Positions 1 to 15,200 of a DNA stretch of 64,000 bases are shown piece after piece. The notes below the pieces were generated by a model. That model had not been told where the DNA came from. It did not search any database and worked only from the letters and a program-made list of their open reading frames with translations. A program made the position numbers and the translations under genes. This DNA is from Podarcis filfolensis (Eukaryota). The stretch lies in NCBI GenBank assembly GCA_964270895.1, contig OZ185439.1. One strand, written 5' to 3'. Each line of letters begins with the position of its first letter. The first letter of the stretch is position 1.

Positions 1-216
1 CCCCTCACTCTTTCCCCTCTGAATAGGGAGAAATAACTCCAGGCACCCCCTGCTCCCTATGCCACCTGATCAGCAGGGAAAATATCAGCTCTAAATCTTG
101 ATGCAGTTGGGAACATCTGGATTGGAACAACTAGTTTTATCTTATCATATGTTGATATAAGATTACTGATTCATGTTCTTGCATTTCTTTTTCAGGTTAA
201 AACTTTTTTTAAAAAA

Positions 217-257
217 ATGGCAGCAGAAACCCAGACGCTTAACTTTGGGCCTGAGTG
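217..257 (+). CDS. GIGYF2: GIGYF2 coding exon 1 (acceptor before 196, ATG at 217)
   Basis: ttcag|gttaaa...ATG GCA GCA GAA ACC CAG ACG CTT AAC TTT GGG CCT GAG TG|gtgagt = [13 protein letters not shown](W). Confidence 0.96.
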
Positions 258-3200
258 GTGAGTTACCTATAATACTTGTGTCTTGTGAACTTTTCACTAA
301 TGAGTTTGACAAAAGTTGGCTTGTAGATGCATTGCTTCAAATGGTGAATGAGAAAGCATATTTGAGTTGTTGAACTAGCTTTTTTTAATTACAGCTGGTT
401 AATTATATCCCTGGTTTGAATTAAGAAGCGGGAGCCTGTTGTCACAATGTTGAAGAAATCCCCTTTTGTGAGGACATTTCAGTTAGAATAAATCAGAATG
501 ATACTAAGGGAGAGAAATATTTAAGAGGAGCACTGAGGGCTATAGATGTTAGTTACTTCCTTTCCCACCAGGAGATAGCACGGACAGATAATACTTTTGC
601 TGCTTATTGTCACTCTTCCTTGCAACCATATACAGTTTCGGGGTCATAGTGATATGCAGGGTGTATGTGTTATTGGAGTGAGCTTCCCACTGTGTTGTAC
701 ATTCCATGTTGAAAGTGTGCCTAAACATGTCCTTACTCAAGTAAGACATTGTTACAAAGAAATTGCCCATGGCTTTGACTTCACAGTGGTTACTCAGCAT
801 CTTCAGACTTGAGAACATCCAGTATGGATGTTCAGGAAAGAATGGATAAGGATCACCTTTGCGTATTCAAGTAAAGTTTGCCATTCCTTACAGTAAAAAT
901 ACTGTTGGTATTAAAATTACCTGTTGATAAAATACCTTCATGCAGGAAAAGTGTACATAGTTCATATACTATATTTTTTATGAAATGGCATTTTTTTGTG
1001 CAAACGTGCATACTTAACAGTACATTATTCAAAAGATTAATACTTCACAGCTCAACAGGATATTTTCATTCATTCTCATCCTTCTGTTACTAATAAGCAT
1101 ATTAGCCTGGTGCAGACATAATGCCTGCTTCTTGAAAACCATGATTTGAAAAGCAGGAAGTAATCTTGGGAATGCACGTTCCTTGCTCCCTCCTCTGAAA
1201 CAATTTCCAACCTCCTTTCCTAGTCTTAAATGTTTCTCAATGAAAATCAGATGAGGGCAGCATAGGGGGCTGCAGAGGGAAGCAGCTATTGGCAGAAATC
1301 ACCCGTTTCCCCTCCCACCAGTGGGAGAGTCTGCTGAGCAGAAGTTTTTGTCAGAGAGAAGGTACAAAGCAAAAACTGCTGCTGTAAATTCACCATTATA
1401 ACACTATTCTTGCTTTTACTTGGAATTAAGAAAGTCACCAAGTGCTTGGAGGCCTCTATGCATTTTATGCCTCTCTATTAGAACAGCTGAGAAGGTAGCA
1501 ATGTGAAATGGAAGACTAATGAGGGGGTTTCTTAACCACTTTGCTTTGTTTCATTTTCCACTTTGGAAAAAAAAAACTTTAAAAGTAATCTAAGGAACAA
1601 TTCTTGGTGGGAAAATGGAACAAGTAGAAAGAGTTAAAAGTCTCTTGTTCCATCTCCCCTCTGCTTCAGACTGCAGCCTCAGTTGGTTTTATTTTATAAG
1701 CAACAGGCCCTAGAAGAACTACGTGTAATGTGTAGTTTCAGCATTAGATTCCCATAAATGCATTCCAGTTATGAAGCAAATCAATATAAGACAATATATA
1801 AGCTTTTAATGGGCATATATCAAATGCACGGCATTGTTCAATAAATTATATTATGAAAATCCTCTTCTTTTTTCCTATCTGTCTAATAGATAATTTTTAA
1901 TGTGTGTTTTTGTTTTTAACCGTTCATTAAAAACCATTCGGTAGCAAAATGGAGAATAGCAGTTAGTTTAATTAAAAATCTTTAGTAACTTTTTGGCACA
2001 TTAATTTTGAGCAGGATTGGGGTCTACTTGAGGGCCACATTACTTCGTGGGCAGCTTTCAGCTAGAAACTATAGAAATGAGTCTGGCCTTTGTCCGGTAG
2101 GCTACATTCCAGCCACACAAAAACCAGAGGTTCCCACATGCACATCTCCCCATCCTCCATTTAGGTAAGCAAGCAAGAGGAGTCATCACAGTTTAAGGCA
2201 ATTGAGAGTGTGGAGCAGGACAAGTAAAGGGTGAAGGCATGTGTATCCTGGGAAGACCTGGAGACCTGGAGGGCTATAGCTGGCTCCTGGACCTGAGGTT
2301 CCTTACCTCTGCTTTAGAGTTTCAGAAAGTATTGTTTTGATACCTTTCATATCCATTATATAGTACTTATTTTTTCAGATTCTTGGTTCATATAAAAGTG
2401 GAAGGTTATTCACAAGTGATGTTTATTTAAATGTCATGAAAAGTGCTACCACATGGTGGCAGCAAACCAATGAGAGTTAATCCCAAATTGCTAGTTGGAG
2501 TGCCTTGAATCCTCCTAAATTATAAATAGCAGCAGTGATCTGAAAAGTTGCATGCATTATATAGTTTTTGTGATATTTCAGAGTAACTTTTTGATTGCTG
2601 GCTCTCCACTAGTTAACAGTAGCTTTTATTGAATACTTGTAAAGAGATTCAGATCTGTGCAGATGCTGGACTTCAGTTTAGCTGCCTTTTAATTCAACAG
2701 TATTATTTTAGATAGGTTTACATTTACCTACAATTTACACTTTATACAATATACACAGAAACAAATCACAATCCTTAGTCACTGGTTACTGTTACAGACA
2801 GCAGCTATGATGCCATTGGTCTGAAAACCTCTGTCCTTGGAGATCTCTGACACATAATTACGGAATTGTCAAAATATAAAGCACACAATATAAAGCACAC
2901 AATGTAAATAAAGCTGCATTTATGTTTGCTTCCATTTTTTTGCATAAAAATGGCTCATTTGTCATCTTGTCTGATGAAACTACAATTGTCTTAACAGTTT
3001 GCTTAAAATAGATCAACGTCCAACCATTGGTTATGAATCCAGCTTGTTTAAATAAGCCATAGTTAATATTAGTCACAGTTTAGGATTCAAAATGCAAAGC
3101 TATTTGGCTTCAAAACTAAACTCTTCCTCCTGCCAAAGGCCACTTCACATCACACCAAAATGTGGCCGTTGAGATGCAAATACTTATTGTGTTGTGTGCT

Positions 3201-6200
3201 GATAATAGTTGCCCAATTGAGACATTATGGGAAACTGGTTAGAGCAGCTGTAAAATGCTGGTGGGAATCCATTCACGAGGAGGGAGTGTAAAAACCTGTG
3301 ACCCATTCCTAGTTCTCCAAACACTTGTTTTTTGGGGGGGGTTGTTGTCTGAATAAGGTATTAGCTTTATTTGTGTTTGATTAAACTGTGGTAACTAAAA
3401 TAAAATTCAGACCTTAGAAAATGCATGTTGTGACTCAGAATCAAACTGAACCTGAAGTGAAAACCACACTGAAACTTAAAAAAAAGAAAAAAGATGGAAC
3501 TGTTATTTGAAAGCCTGCTGTGGATCCAGAACAGATCACTTTCCTGCATCCCCAATAATTCTGGTTTCCAATTCAGAATAAGTGTGGTGGCACATGTGCA
3601 GAATCAGAATAAGGGATACATAATACATGGGATGATTTTTATACACGTTGGGTTTGTTCAGGCTTCTATACCCTGCCTTCTTCAAGAGCTAAGAAGCAGC
3701 AGGCAGGATGGAGGCCTGCTGCTTTAATGCTGCAATCCACTGTAGAGCAGGCTGTGAGGGTAAACAGCCTGGTAAAGGAAGGGAAGAGGATAGCATTTCT
3801 ATGCACTGTGGAATGCTTCCTGCATGGTCAGCTAGTATCTGTAACTTTTACAAGATGTTGTTGAAAGCTTTTCACACTAACCTTTCACCCTAAGGGTCGG
3901 TATACATAGTTCTTTATTAAACAGTTCTCTGACAGGCTCATATGTGGTAGATAGGCCTTCAGGGTCCCATCTAGTTCAGAGTACAGTAGCCTCCCTGTGT
4001 ATAGAGCAGGTCTCTGAAGTAAGTAGAGAAGATGAAAATAGAAAGAATGGGGGGGGGAATTAAATCTTCAAATTTGTCATCATAGTACATCCTTCAGTAC
4101 TTAGTAGCATACTGCTTTCTGTGACTAGGCCCTGGAAAAAAAGCTAATTAGACATGGGCAAGGAGTTTTTGCCAGCCAAGTTGAACTTTCTCCTTTGAGC
4201 AGCTGACATTCTCATGCTGTATCACAAAGCTTTTTTAAACGTCCATTTACTTCCAGAAGCTATTTGCCACGCAGCATGGCTGTAGGAATGCTGTTAGTGG
4301 GAAAGCAAGTATAAAACCCTTCTGGGCAGATAGAGTTCTTTAATCTGGGCCCATTGTATATCTTATACTTATGTTGCAACAACTTCTTCAAACTGTAGGC
4401 TTTTCTTTTCAGTATATTTAGTCATAGACTATCAACAGAATATGCATTACAGTGCCAAGGCCAGGTTTGTTCCTGGGAATCAAGGACCAAGACTGACCAT
4501 GGGACCAAGAATAGTGGCAGTTCATCTGGCTCTGAGAGATGGAGTGGTGAGGACCAGTGGCAATGCCACTAGCAGAGACCTGTGGTGAGATGGCGGCAGT
4601 GCCTTTTAGCACTGCCCATCTCAGGAGGAATACTGTGATTAGAACCACTGCCATCTTACTTTGTCCAGAATTCCTTTGAGTCCTCATGAAGCATTGCAGA
4701 GTGATGATTGAGGGGAAGGACCCAGATGCGTTCAGGGTAGCTGGTAGCACCTTTAGTCATTCAGTTTGGTGCTCCTTTGTGCCAGGCGTTAGAAAAAATG
4801 AAAAATAAAGCAGGTCCATGTGGGTCACATGGGATTCAGCACTTGTCTGACAGTGCTGAATGGTGGTATCAGGTCTTCAATGTCAGTATGTTGATAACCA
4901 CCTTTGCACATGTGTCACCTGTAATTGTAATGTGAATGACATAGTGACCTATTTAGATGTATTGGCCTAAGCAACAGCCAATTCAGAACATCAGTTATAA
5001 TGGAACAAAAACAAAAAAAAATCCCAACTGTTGGCTCCATATGAACTTCACATTAAAACTATGTGAAGTGCATCTAAGAGTCTTTTGTGAATCATTTTCA
5101 ACTAAAGCTATATAAAAATAGCTTTCTTTAGCTACTTCTGCAGGATAGAAAGGGATTTCTGTTTGACATCACTGTAGTCTGAAGGTTTGTTGTCCTGACA
5201 GCAGAGTACATAACTGGTTGTCTTAATTTCCTCTTCCCTATTTGTTCCCCTATAGGCTGCGAGCTCTGTCTAGTGGTGGGAGTGTGACATCTCCTCCCCT
5301 TTCTCCAGCTTTGCCAAAGTATAAATTAGCAGATTATCGTTATGGGAGAGAAGAAATGTTAGCACTTTTCCTGAAAGATAGTAAGGTAAGTTAGGAGAAG
5401 AATGTTCCTGTCTGATTGCTTGCAAATCCATTCACAGTTTTAAGTGTATGCTAATGAAACCAAGGGGAAAATGCTAAACTCATAAAACTCTAAACTTCTT
5501 TGAAAGGTCATTAGTTGCTTAGGGTTCTGAAGGCGTTTTTAGTAGTCGCTAGAATTATGCCCATAATTCATTTTATTAGTATACATTTTTGGTTTCCAGA
5601 TATGTCTGAATAGATATTGAGACCTGGAAAAAGAAATAGAAAAAAAATTATTTGCTTTGTACTTTCTTTTGGCTGTTGGTATTGTCCATGGCATTTATGT
5701 TTTGAGGGTCAATGTATTTTGCTACATTCTCTCTTCCCTTGCAGATACCGTCAGACCTTCTTGATAAGGAGTTTCTGCCTATTCTACAGGAGGAGCCCTT
5801 ACCACCCCTGGCACTAGTACCTTTTACAGAAGAAGAACAGGTTGGTTTCTGAATAAACAGAAAATTGGAATTTCTATACAGTGGTATCTTGATTCTCAAA
5901 CTTAATCCGTTCCAGAAGTCCATTCCAAAACCAAAGTGTTCCAAAACCAAGGCACACTTTCCCATAGAAAGTAATGCAAAATGGATTAATCCATTCCAGA
6001 CTTTTAAAAACAGCAATTTTTTATGAATTTTACTATCTAATGAGAGCATTCATGCATGAAATGCAGGCAATAATCAGTATACTTCACTATAAAATAAATA
6101 AGACAGTATTGTAGATGATAAAAATTAAAATTATTATTATTTTGTTACCTGCACTGATGGTCATTTTTGAATGGGGGGCTTTTATCCCTTACCACAGTCA

Positions 6201-9200
6201 CACAATCAATCAATCAATCAATCAATCAGTAGCTGAACTGGGTTCCACACAGTCACAAAAACAAATTAACCAAGAAAGCCTCAAAAACGCAAAATAAATA
6301 GCAAAAACAAAAGCGCCAAACGTAATCTGTTCCGGGAGTCTGTTTGACTTCTGAAATGTTCAAAAACCAAGGTGCAGCTTCTGATTAGTGCAGGTGCCCC
6401 AGAAACAATAGTTGACAGCTGCTTTGAACATTCGGCCTCCGAAAAATGTTTGAAAACACTTCCGGATTTTCGGCGTTTGAGAACCAAGTTACTACTGTAA
6501 GCCTTATACTTCATTAATGTAGGAAAAGTGGAATATTCCACTATTGTATCTCATTGATCCTTCAGGTTTAGAGAGATGCACTCAAAATACAAAGCAGTTG
6601 CCCTGGGGTGATACTCAACTGGAATTGATATTGGTATGCTTCATTCTAAATACAGTGGTACCTCGGGTTTCATACACTTCAGGTTACATATGCTTCAGGT
6701 TACAGACTCCGCTAACCAAGAAATAGTACCATGGGTTAAGAACTTTGCTTCAGGATGATAACAGAAATCATGTTCCGGCGGCACGGCGGCAGCGGGAGGC
6801 CCCATTAGCTATAGTGGTGCTTTAGGTTAAGAACAGTTTCAGGTTAAGAACAGACCTCCGGAACGAATAAAGTTCTTAACCTGAGGTACCACTGTATGTC
6901 TGCTATGGCTTGGGAAATCTTAGGCTGAGAGAATTTTACAGGGTATTCAAAGTATGCAAGTTAAACCAGGGAGTTTTTAACACATATTTGAAACATGCAA
7001 AAAAGTATTGTTCCCCATTGTTTAAGCTGTGAAATTACTAGTTAATTATTATCAGAAACTTTAGAAATGGAATTTTGAAAATCTGTTTATAGGCTAAGTG
7101 GTTGCCTTCTACCCCCCACAAATACAGTAAGCTTCAGCAGAATACACTGCAGGAGGACATAATGTTTTATACTTGAATTCTGTATTGCTGTTTTCTTTCT
7201 CCTTTATTTGATATATTTATTTCCTGCCGATCCAAATCATTGCTCAAGGTGACTCACAATTAAAAATACAAAATCCAAAGCCGTTAGAAAATTATAATTT
7301 AAACGATAAATATTAAAATCCACAGTAAGTCCTTCTGAACACAATGGGATTTTCAAGTAATAATTTTTAGGTGTCCTCTTATGTTGCTACATTTGTACCC
7401 ATGCAACCCCTTCATGAATAGCATATACAACAGGTAATAAGGGACTGTGTTACACACAGATCAGTTAAGAGAGTTCCTAGTTCAACATACAGTGGTACCT
7501 CGGGTTACATATGCTTCAGGTTACATACACTTCAGGTTGCAGACTCCGCTAACCCAGAAATATTACCTCGGGTTAAGAACTTTGCTTCAGGATGAGAACA
7601 GAAATTGTGCAGCGGCGGCACAGCGGCAGCAGGAGGCCCCATTAGCTAAAGTGGCCCCATTAGCTAAAGGTTAAGAACAGTTTCAGGTTAAGAACAGAGC
7701 TCCGGAACAAATTAAGTACTTAACCCAAGGTACCACTGTACTAGCAAACTATAGATAGTTTAAACCAGAATCCAATCTTCTCATTTTATGCATATTGGAG
7801 CAGGGCTGGAGAGAAGGGAGGAGCACTTTAATCCAAGGCTTGAACCTAATACAAATATTGTATCTGAATATGCATATAATCAAGTGCTTTGCTGTGTTGT
7901 GTAATTCTTATAACTTGAAATATAAGCCACTTTCTTTAATCTGAAAAAGAAAAATCATTCCTTGGTGTCTTAAGGGACATCCACTATACACAAATGCAAA
8001 GTAACTGCATAATTAATATTCTAAACATGATGAACATGTGAAGCCATCTTGTAGTGTGTCGGACTGTTGGTCCATCTGACCCAGTACTTGCTGTTCTTAC
8101 TGGCAACAACTTTTCAAGTTCTTGGCAGAATTATTTCTTAGCCCTGCTGTATATCTGAGATCCTTTTAAACAAGATTGAACATGGGCTCTTTCCTTTCCC
8201 ATATATTCTACTAGTGAGTCAAACACTGTTCAAACATTCTAGAGCATTCATATGCAAAACGCTCATTTTGATATTTGAAAATTGAAGGAAATTGTGATCT
8301 CAGAAGTTCACCAGCAATACTTACATAGCGTTATCTATTTTGACTTGAAAATTGCTGAATAATACATTAGAATTTTGCGGGGGGGGGGGGAGAGATAGGT
8401 CTGATTTTATGATAGTATTGTTACAAAATATTTTTCTCACCGTGTTTCTTCTTTTCGGCAGAGAAATTTCTCTATGTCTGTAAATAGTGCTGCTGTCCTA
8501 CGATTGATGGGACGAGGCGGAGGAACGGTGGTAGGGGCTCCTCGAGGTCGAAGTTCCTCTAGAGGCCGAGGTGAGAGGCTTTGTGAACGTAAAATAGTGT
8601 CATTGTTACATTTTAGAATTAAACTGCTTAACCCCATTTGAAGATGTTGGGGGTTTATAATCTGCCGCGGCTTTTCTTTCTTTGGAAGGAAAGATGGGAT
8701 AGATGTTACAAAAAACAAATGTAAGCCAGTAAGAGAGAGAACCTATCCAAAAACACATAGGATAGAATTGGGCCTAGCATGAGAGAAGGTAAGGGCTGCA
8801 GTGCTGCAAAGTAATTAAGGAAGTTTCAATATATGTACAAATCCTGTGTTTTGTTTGACCAATATTCCTGGATTTAGTGAAGGAAAACAATATTTAGTGG
8901 ATTTTAAGGTAGGAGCTGAGATAACAACTCTTACTATAAAATATTTGAGTTCACTGGATAAATAAGTAGAATATATCAAGCCATCTGCATATTACAAAAA
9001 CGGGAAAATGACAACAATTTCTGCCCTTAATGGCCCACATAGTCATCTTAGACCTCCTCTGCAGTGTGAGGTAGTAGAATGAACAGATGTAAAAGAGTTA
9101 CAACAACCTGCAAGAAATGTAGACATAATAGTTGAATTCATTTAACAGACTGCATGGAGCTGGTCATAGATATATTTGTAGTATAGAAGTATAGAACAAA

Positions 9201-12200
9201 AACTACTTAAGGCAATAATTTAAAAGAATGTAAAGAGCTTCAAAGCATTCGTGATCATTTTTTGTTATTGTAGAAATGAACACATTTTGGATGTAGTGGG
9301 GCGGGCTATAAACTTAGCATCACAGAATCACAGCAGGGAACCTGTTGGAGTAGTCAGTATTTTTTTTTAATGTAATAATAATAATAAAACGTTGATATTT
9401 GGAAGGCCCAGAAAACCTTTTGGTATCACAGTGGGATATCTATGGGAGCAGTCTGTAAAAAAAGGTTATTAAGTTAATTTTGTTTGGGTTTTTTAAAAAG
9501 TTAAAATTAGGAATTTCTTTTTAAATAAAAATTTAGAGTGCCTTGGGGCCACAAAAAGCTTTTTGCCATATGGCATTACAGTGAGGGATTCATAGGAGCA
9601 ATCAGGTTTTTAAAATAACATTTTGGTGGGTCTTGTTGGAAGGCCATTTTACTAGTTATGTATCTCTCTTCTAGGCTGTATGTCACCCATAAGTTAACCA
9701 TCCCTGCTTTAAATAATATTGTTTTTATTTCTTTATTTATAAAAAAAAATTATAATCCGCTATATCATAAAAAACAGTATCTGTACACAATAGTAACCAT
9801 GTAAGCATTTAAATAATAGACCATCAACTAGCTGTTGCAGAAATATGTTTTCTTAATTGTCTACATAAACTGGGTAGCATAAAAAAAAATTCAATGGGCA
9901 TTTATTTAAAGGATGATGGCAAATGACAGTTTTGTAGGCTTTCTATAGAATCATGCTTGTGCTGTTCTTTACTTATTTTTACTGTGACCTTCTTGCAGGA
10001 GATCTTTAGATATGAAAAAGAAATGATCTAGCAGTGATTATGCTTAACTTTTCAATCTTGCAAGCATACTTTGATGATGTTCCCCAGGGCATATTTGGTT
10101 TTGTAGTATTTTCTGCTAATGTTCCTAAAGTAGAGTGTCCTAACTGTGTGCTTGGGAAAAGTGTATTTTGTATTAAATTGCTCCTCACTTAAAACCTTGT
10201 ACTGTAGCAACAGTATTTGGCAGTCTAGTACTACTAGTGTTGTCATTGGGCTATACGCCTTTGCTAGTAATTCCAGTGCTGTTTCTGCCACTACTTTTAA
10301 GAGAAGTGACAACTGCATAACTTTCCAGCAGGGTTCATGCTGGTGGGGGAGCAGAAAATGGGAGTAACTCAGAAATTTGAAGGAATGTTCTTGTGGTTGC
10401 CTAGCAATGCACACATGATTATTCGTTTCCTTTTTTTAATTTAAATTCTTACTGAGCTCACAAGTATGACTGGAAAGTTGCAGTCCTTCAGCTAAAGTGG
10501 AGTGATAATAAATGGTATACAAGTAAGATGTAAAAGAGGTAGTTTCAGTGTTTTGTTTAAGTGTTTGCTCACTTTATTAGTTTTGTTTTCTTAATATTTA
10601 CTGGTGACTGAGGAAGAGGAAACATCATTTATTGATTCTGTTTTATAGAATTGCCAGTCATAATAGGACAAGTGCCAGGAGCACTCAACACTTTCTCTGG
10701 ACCAACTGATGGTTCTCTGTGGTTCGGATTCCACCCATGGCCCAGTAGTTACCTGTCATATAAGACAGCACCTGCTTTGCTATAAACCTATGATTTATGA
10801 AAAACCAACCAATGTGCATTTTCTAATTGGTCTCCCTAAGAGCTCGCTTTGAAGGAAGATTGGCACTTTGCCAAAGTGCAAGAATCAGCTTTGGTCTTGT
10901 TGGTTCCAAAGGAAAATGGTAAAATTTATAAGATCTCAACCATATTTTGTATTTCAGGCAGAGGTAGAGGAGAAAGTGGTTTCTACCAAAGAAGTTTTGA
11001 TGATGTAGAAGGTGGATTTGGACGAGGAGGGGGCAGAGAAATGCACAGATCCCAGAGCTGGGAGGAAAGGTAATTCAGTAAACATATACATTGGCATGGA
11101 CTGCATCTGTTGTGAAGCTGAGATAACTTGTTATGTTGCTAGAATCCTGGCTGCTCTAAAGTTTGTCCTTCTAGGTGTCTTGTCACAGATGTAGCCACCA
11201 TGTTTGTGAGCATAGATTTCATAGAACCGTAGAGTTCGAAGGGATCCTGAGGATCATCAAGTCCAACCCCTGGCAATGCAGGAATGCTGCCTACAGTTGT
11301 CCCTGGGTAGGCTCAAACCACCAACCTTCTGGTTAACAACCAAATGCACTGACCTATTTTGCCATGAGCATGAGTATACTACACTTGCCGGGGAGCCAGG
11401 GTTGGCAGCAACTCCCCTTTGTTTAATAGCAAACTAGTTTTGCCTTGCTTAATGTATGGAACGGCTACAGAGGTCCAGCTATTTCGATAAATTTTGAAGT
11501 TATAAGATCTAAAATGAGTGACAGAGCCTTCTATAAGAACAGCTGGATAAAAATGCTTAAACAAGCTAACTGAACCAGGGCACTATTGGATGATATTGAT
11601 GATTCAGGAAATCAAGTTACAAAACATAATTATCCCTTGTAGAATTTAAGAAAGATGTGAAATTGGTAGCCTTCATGACATCATAGCTTAGTACTTATCT
11701 GGAATTACTAAGAGAACAAGGAAGAATTGAACCTGCTTAGGAGAGAAGAGATTATGGTCAGTATCCAAAGAACTAAGGAATTAGATCTGTAATCAGAAGA
11801 GGACTTTAGACTTATTTCTCTCAACAGCAAATGCCTCTGCTTCAAGGCAATGCTTTTGAAACCAGGGAGAATTTCAAAAGCAGTTTGTGTTAATGGCATT
11901 TGATTTAAGTGTTCAAAGAGCAAGGGCAAGTCAAATTGTATTGGGCTAGCACAAACCATTTGAATGATCTTAAGCAGCACAGTGGATTCTAACCTAAAAC
12001 AACTAAACTATATTCTAATGGGTTGAAATAAATTGATCCACATAAGGAAAAACACAAATTGTGACTCAAAAAGGTCAAATTAATTCTTCCTGATGTCTTC
12101 TTGAAATGCTGAGAGAGAAAACATCAGCTATATTTTTCCAACAAGCAAATATTAGTTAACCAGTGGGGATTTCCCTTCATATGTGTTATATTTTTATAAA

Positions 12201-15200
12201 CTTACCCTAGTTTATGAGAAGACAGATCAAGATCAGATTTTTTAAAATGAGACAAGTAAATTAGTGTCATCAAGCTAATGTAGATTGATATTCGTGGAAC
12301 ATTAGTATGCACTAAAATAGGAAGCATGCATTGACAATAACAAATATTATTAAGAACTTCAATAATATAACAAAACATTGATCGTTAGGGCAAATGGATA
12401 GTAGAAATATACCAGTAACACACGTTTTTACAGGTTTGTCTTCAGAATGACTTTTGTTACCTGTTCTGATGCCTATATCTGTATATATATTCTGTCCAGA
12501 GTATGCTATTAATAAACATTATTTCAACTTGTTATTCGTACATCACAGAAATAATTGTGATCCATACCCTGTCTTAAGTGTTTCCAAATGCTTTGGTAAT
12601 TTGCTATTTTGCCTTTTTAGGGGGGACAGGCGGTTTGAAAAACCAGGCCGAAAAGAACCAGGTATGTGGGTTGTTTTTTAAATGGTATGGATATCTATAT
12701 TTTGTTTTATTAGTAAGAAATTGAGATTCAGTGTCTAAATCTGAAATTATCAAAATCATATGCAAACATAGGCCAGCATCTTTAGGAAATGGGATTAGAT
12801 ATGTGCTTTTACAAAATAGGCCAACATTTTTAGGAATTGGATTAGAGCCTGGCCTGTATGAATTGGAGAGAGTGAGTTTTTTTTGGGGGGGGGGAGTTAT
12901 AAATTGTGTACTACTTCATTTAGAGTTACATTATAATTATTTTAAAGCACAATACTGAACTTTTCTTACTTTTTAGTGACCAAAAAACTTTGGTGTTTTT
13001 TTCATTTTTTTTTTCATAATACACATCTTGTTGAAAGCAGCAGGCTATTTTAAGGGTCATTTCACATGACCTCAAGTTGGCTGGGGTACATAGTGAATCA
13101 TATGCCCATTAGAGCTGGTCATGCTACAAGATTGCTCTGCCACACAGCCAATTTTTGGGCTGTAATGAGGTCAATGGGATTAAAAATTACTTGCTAAATT
13201 GTGTGCTGAAATTTGCTCTGGCAAGCCATTGGATGCATTCAGTGGTGATAAGACCAAAGTAAAGTTTTGGATCATGCCATGTTATGTCTCAAGTAGTTTG
13301 CTTTCTGAGCATTTTTGCAGTGTAATGCAAGATAACATTTTAAAAAACAATTCTCTAATACCCCTTCCTAGTTAGTCCATAATAACCCTAACCCAATTGC
13401 ATAAAAGTTACAACTCATTGGCTTGGATCAGGTAGTCCAAAAAATGATGCTGTCTATAGGAGTTGGTTTATTATATACAGGCAACCTACGGTGCAGATAG
13501 CCTGTGCTTCCTGCCTCTCCCCCTGTTTCCTAGTTCTCTGAAAAAAAGAGAAAGGAATTGAGAAGAGAAACTTGCACCTCACCCTACACAGTGCTATGAG
13601 AGTGAGCCTCAGGCTTTTACTTTTGTTTTAAACTAATTATAGCTTATGGTGACATTCAAACCTGAACAAACTACAAGTTAGTGTTAACTATGCAAGACAA
13701 CTTCAAACCATGAGCTATGAAACTAGCTTACTTTCATTAATCATAGATTACTCATACCATTTATTTGTGGCCATGCTTGGGAAGATAAAAATGTGCAAGC
13801 CCAAGACTTACTGCAGCTCATCCTCATCATGCTAAACTGTGGTTTATCATTATGTGTGAACTAGGTCATTTGTATTGTGAAATAGGGGCCTGTTGTTTTC
13901 CTAATGTTTTTGGTGAACTGGTTTCTCAAGTTGAAGAAAAGAACTTGGCTTTTCTGAGGAATTTTAAAGGTGCTAATAGCCACCAAGCACTCTTTCTGAA
14001 AGTCAATAGGATTTGAGTGCTTAACTGCAGCTTGCTGTTCTTTGTTAGGAGATTCTTTTAATATATATACTCTGAATTTTGTAACAGTGCCAGATTTCTA
14101 TGGTGATCAAAACTTGAAAATTGTATGAATCGCCATCTGTTTTAATGCCCTTTGAATCCCCTTTAAAGCATCTAAGTTATGTTGTTGTGCTGTTCTATTT
14201 TAGTTCTTACGACGTTGGTAACACAGAATTAGAAGGCATATTTCCAATTCCTCTGGCTTTCAATCATACATAGATTTAAATCATTTTGTTTCTTGGACAC
14301 TGTCTGAACTTAGTAACATTTTTCTCTCTATAGCTATGAGTTAATATTTAGGCTCCTAAAAGTAACTTATATCGTTTTTATAAGGCATTTCAGGGCAAAA
14401 GATGATTTACAATTCCTTTTCTAATTTTTCTTCCACATTTCTATAAGATAGGTTAATCTTCAAAATTATGATACCCAAAGTCCATCCCACTGAAGCCGTA
14501 GGACTTTGTGGGGTTTTGTATAGGCATCTAACTTGTCAAGAGATGGCTTGTAAAGCTAACCTTGGTTTAGTGGTATGAGTTCAAGTCATGGCAAGCCTAG
14601 GGCTTGTGTTTTCTCCTCTTCCATGACCATTAGGAGGAAGCTTCCATATATGTTTTTATTAACCACAGTTTAGCATTTTATCTGAACCACAAACTGTGAT
14701 CAGTCTTAATTGAAGCTAGTGACAACAATCCAACTTCATAACTCATGGTTTGAAGTTGGCTTGTTTCCACTAACCATGGCTAAGACTAACCACAGTTTGT
14801 CCAGGTTTGGACCACAACAAGCTGAAGTCTAAATGTGAAATGAAAGTTTCTGAACCCTTCCTCATGGCTGCACCTGAGGATGAGAGGTGAGTCTGAAGCT
14901 TGCTGTAGTTTGTAATGCTAAACCATGGTTTAGCCATGGTTGAGTGATACATGTGAACATTGCCAATCTATGCTCATGTTTTTTCAGTAAGTTGTGGGTA
15001 AGATACCTGTTGCAATTTGCAGTGTCCCAACAGAGAGTGCAGTGGAGGTAGGATGCAGATGGTTGTTGGAAGTTAAAATGCTTGCTTTTAATATGGATGG
15101 TTAGCTGTAGGTTCTGTCTATTGGCAGCTTATTTCTAGCATGGTACTCAGTGCTGAAGTGGTCTAACTGAACTGCATACCTTGTGCTGTATATTGTACTT

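Noticed and set aside
14204-14217. 14-nt microexon (tag|TTCTTACGACGTTG|gtaaca)
   Set aside because: Not a multiple of 3 and has no independent support; only the donor is noted as a possible end of the candidate poison exon.
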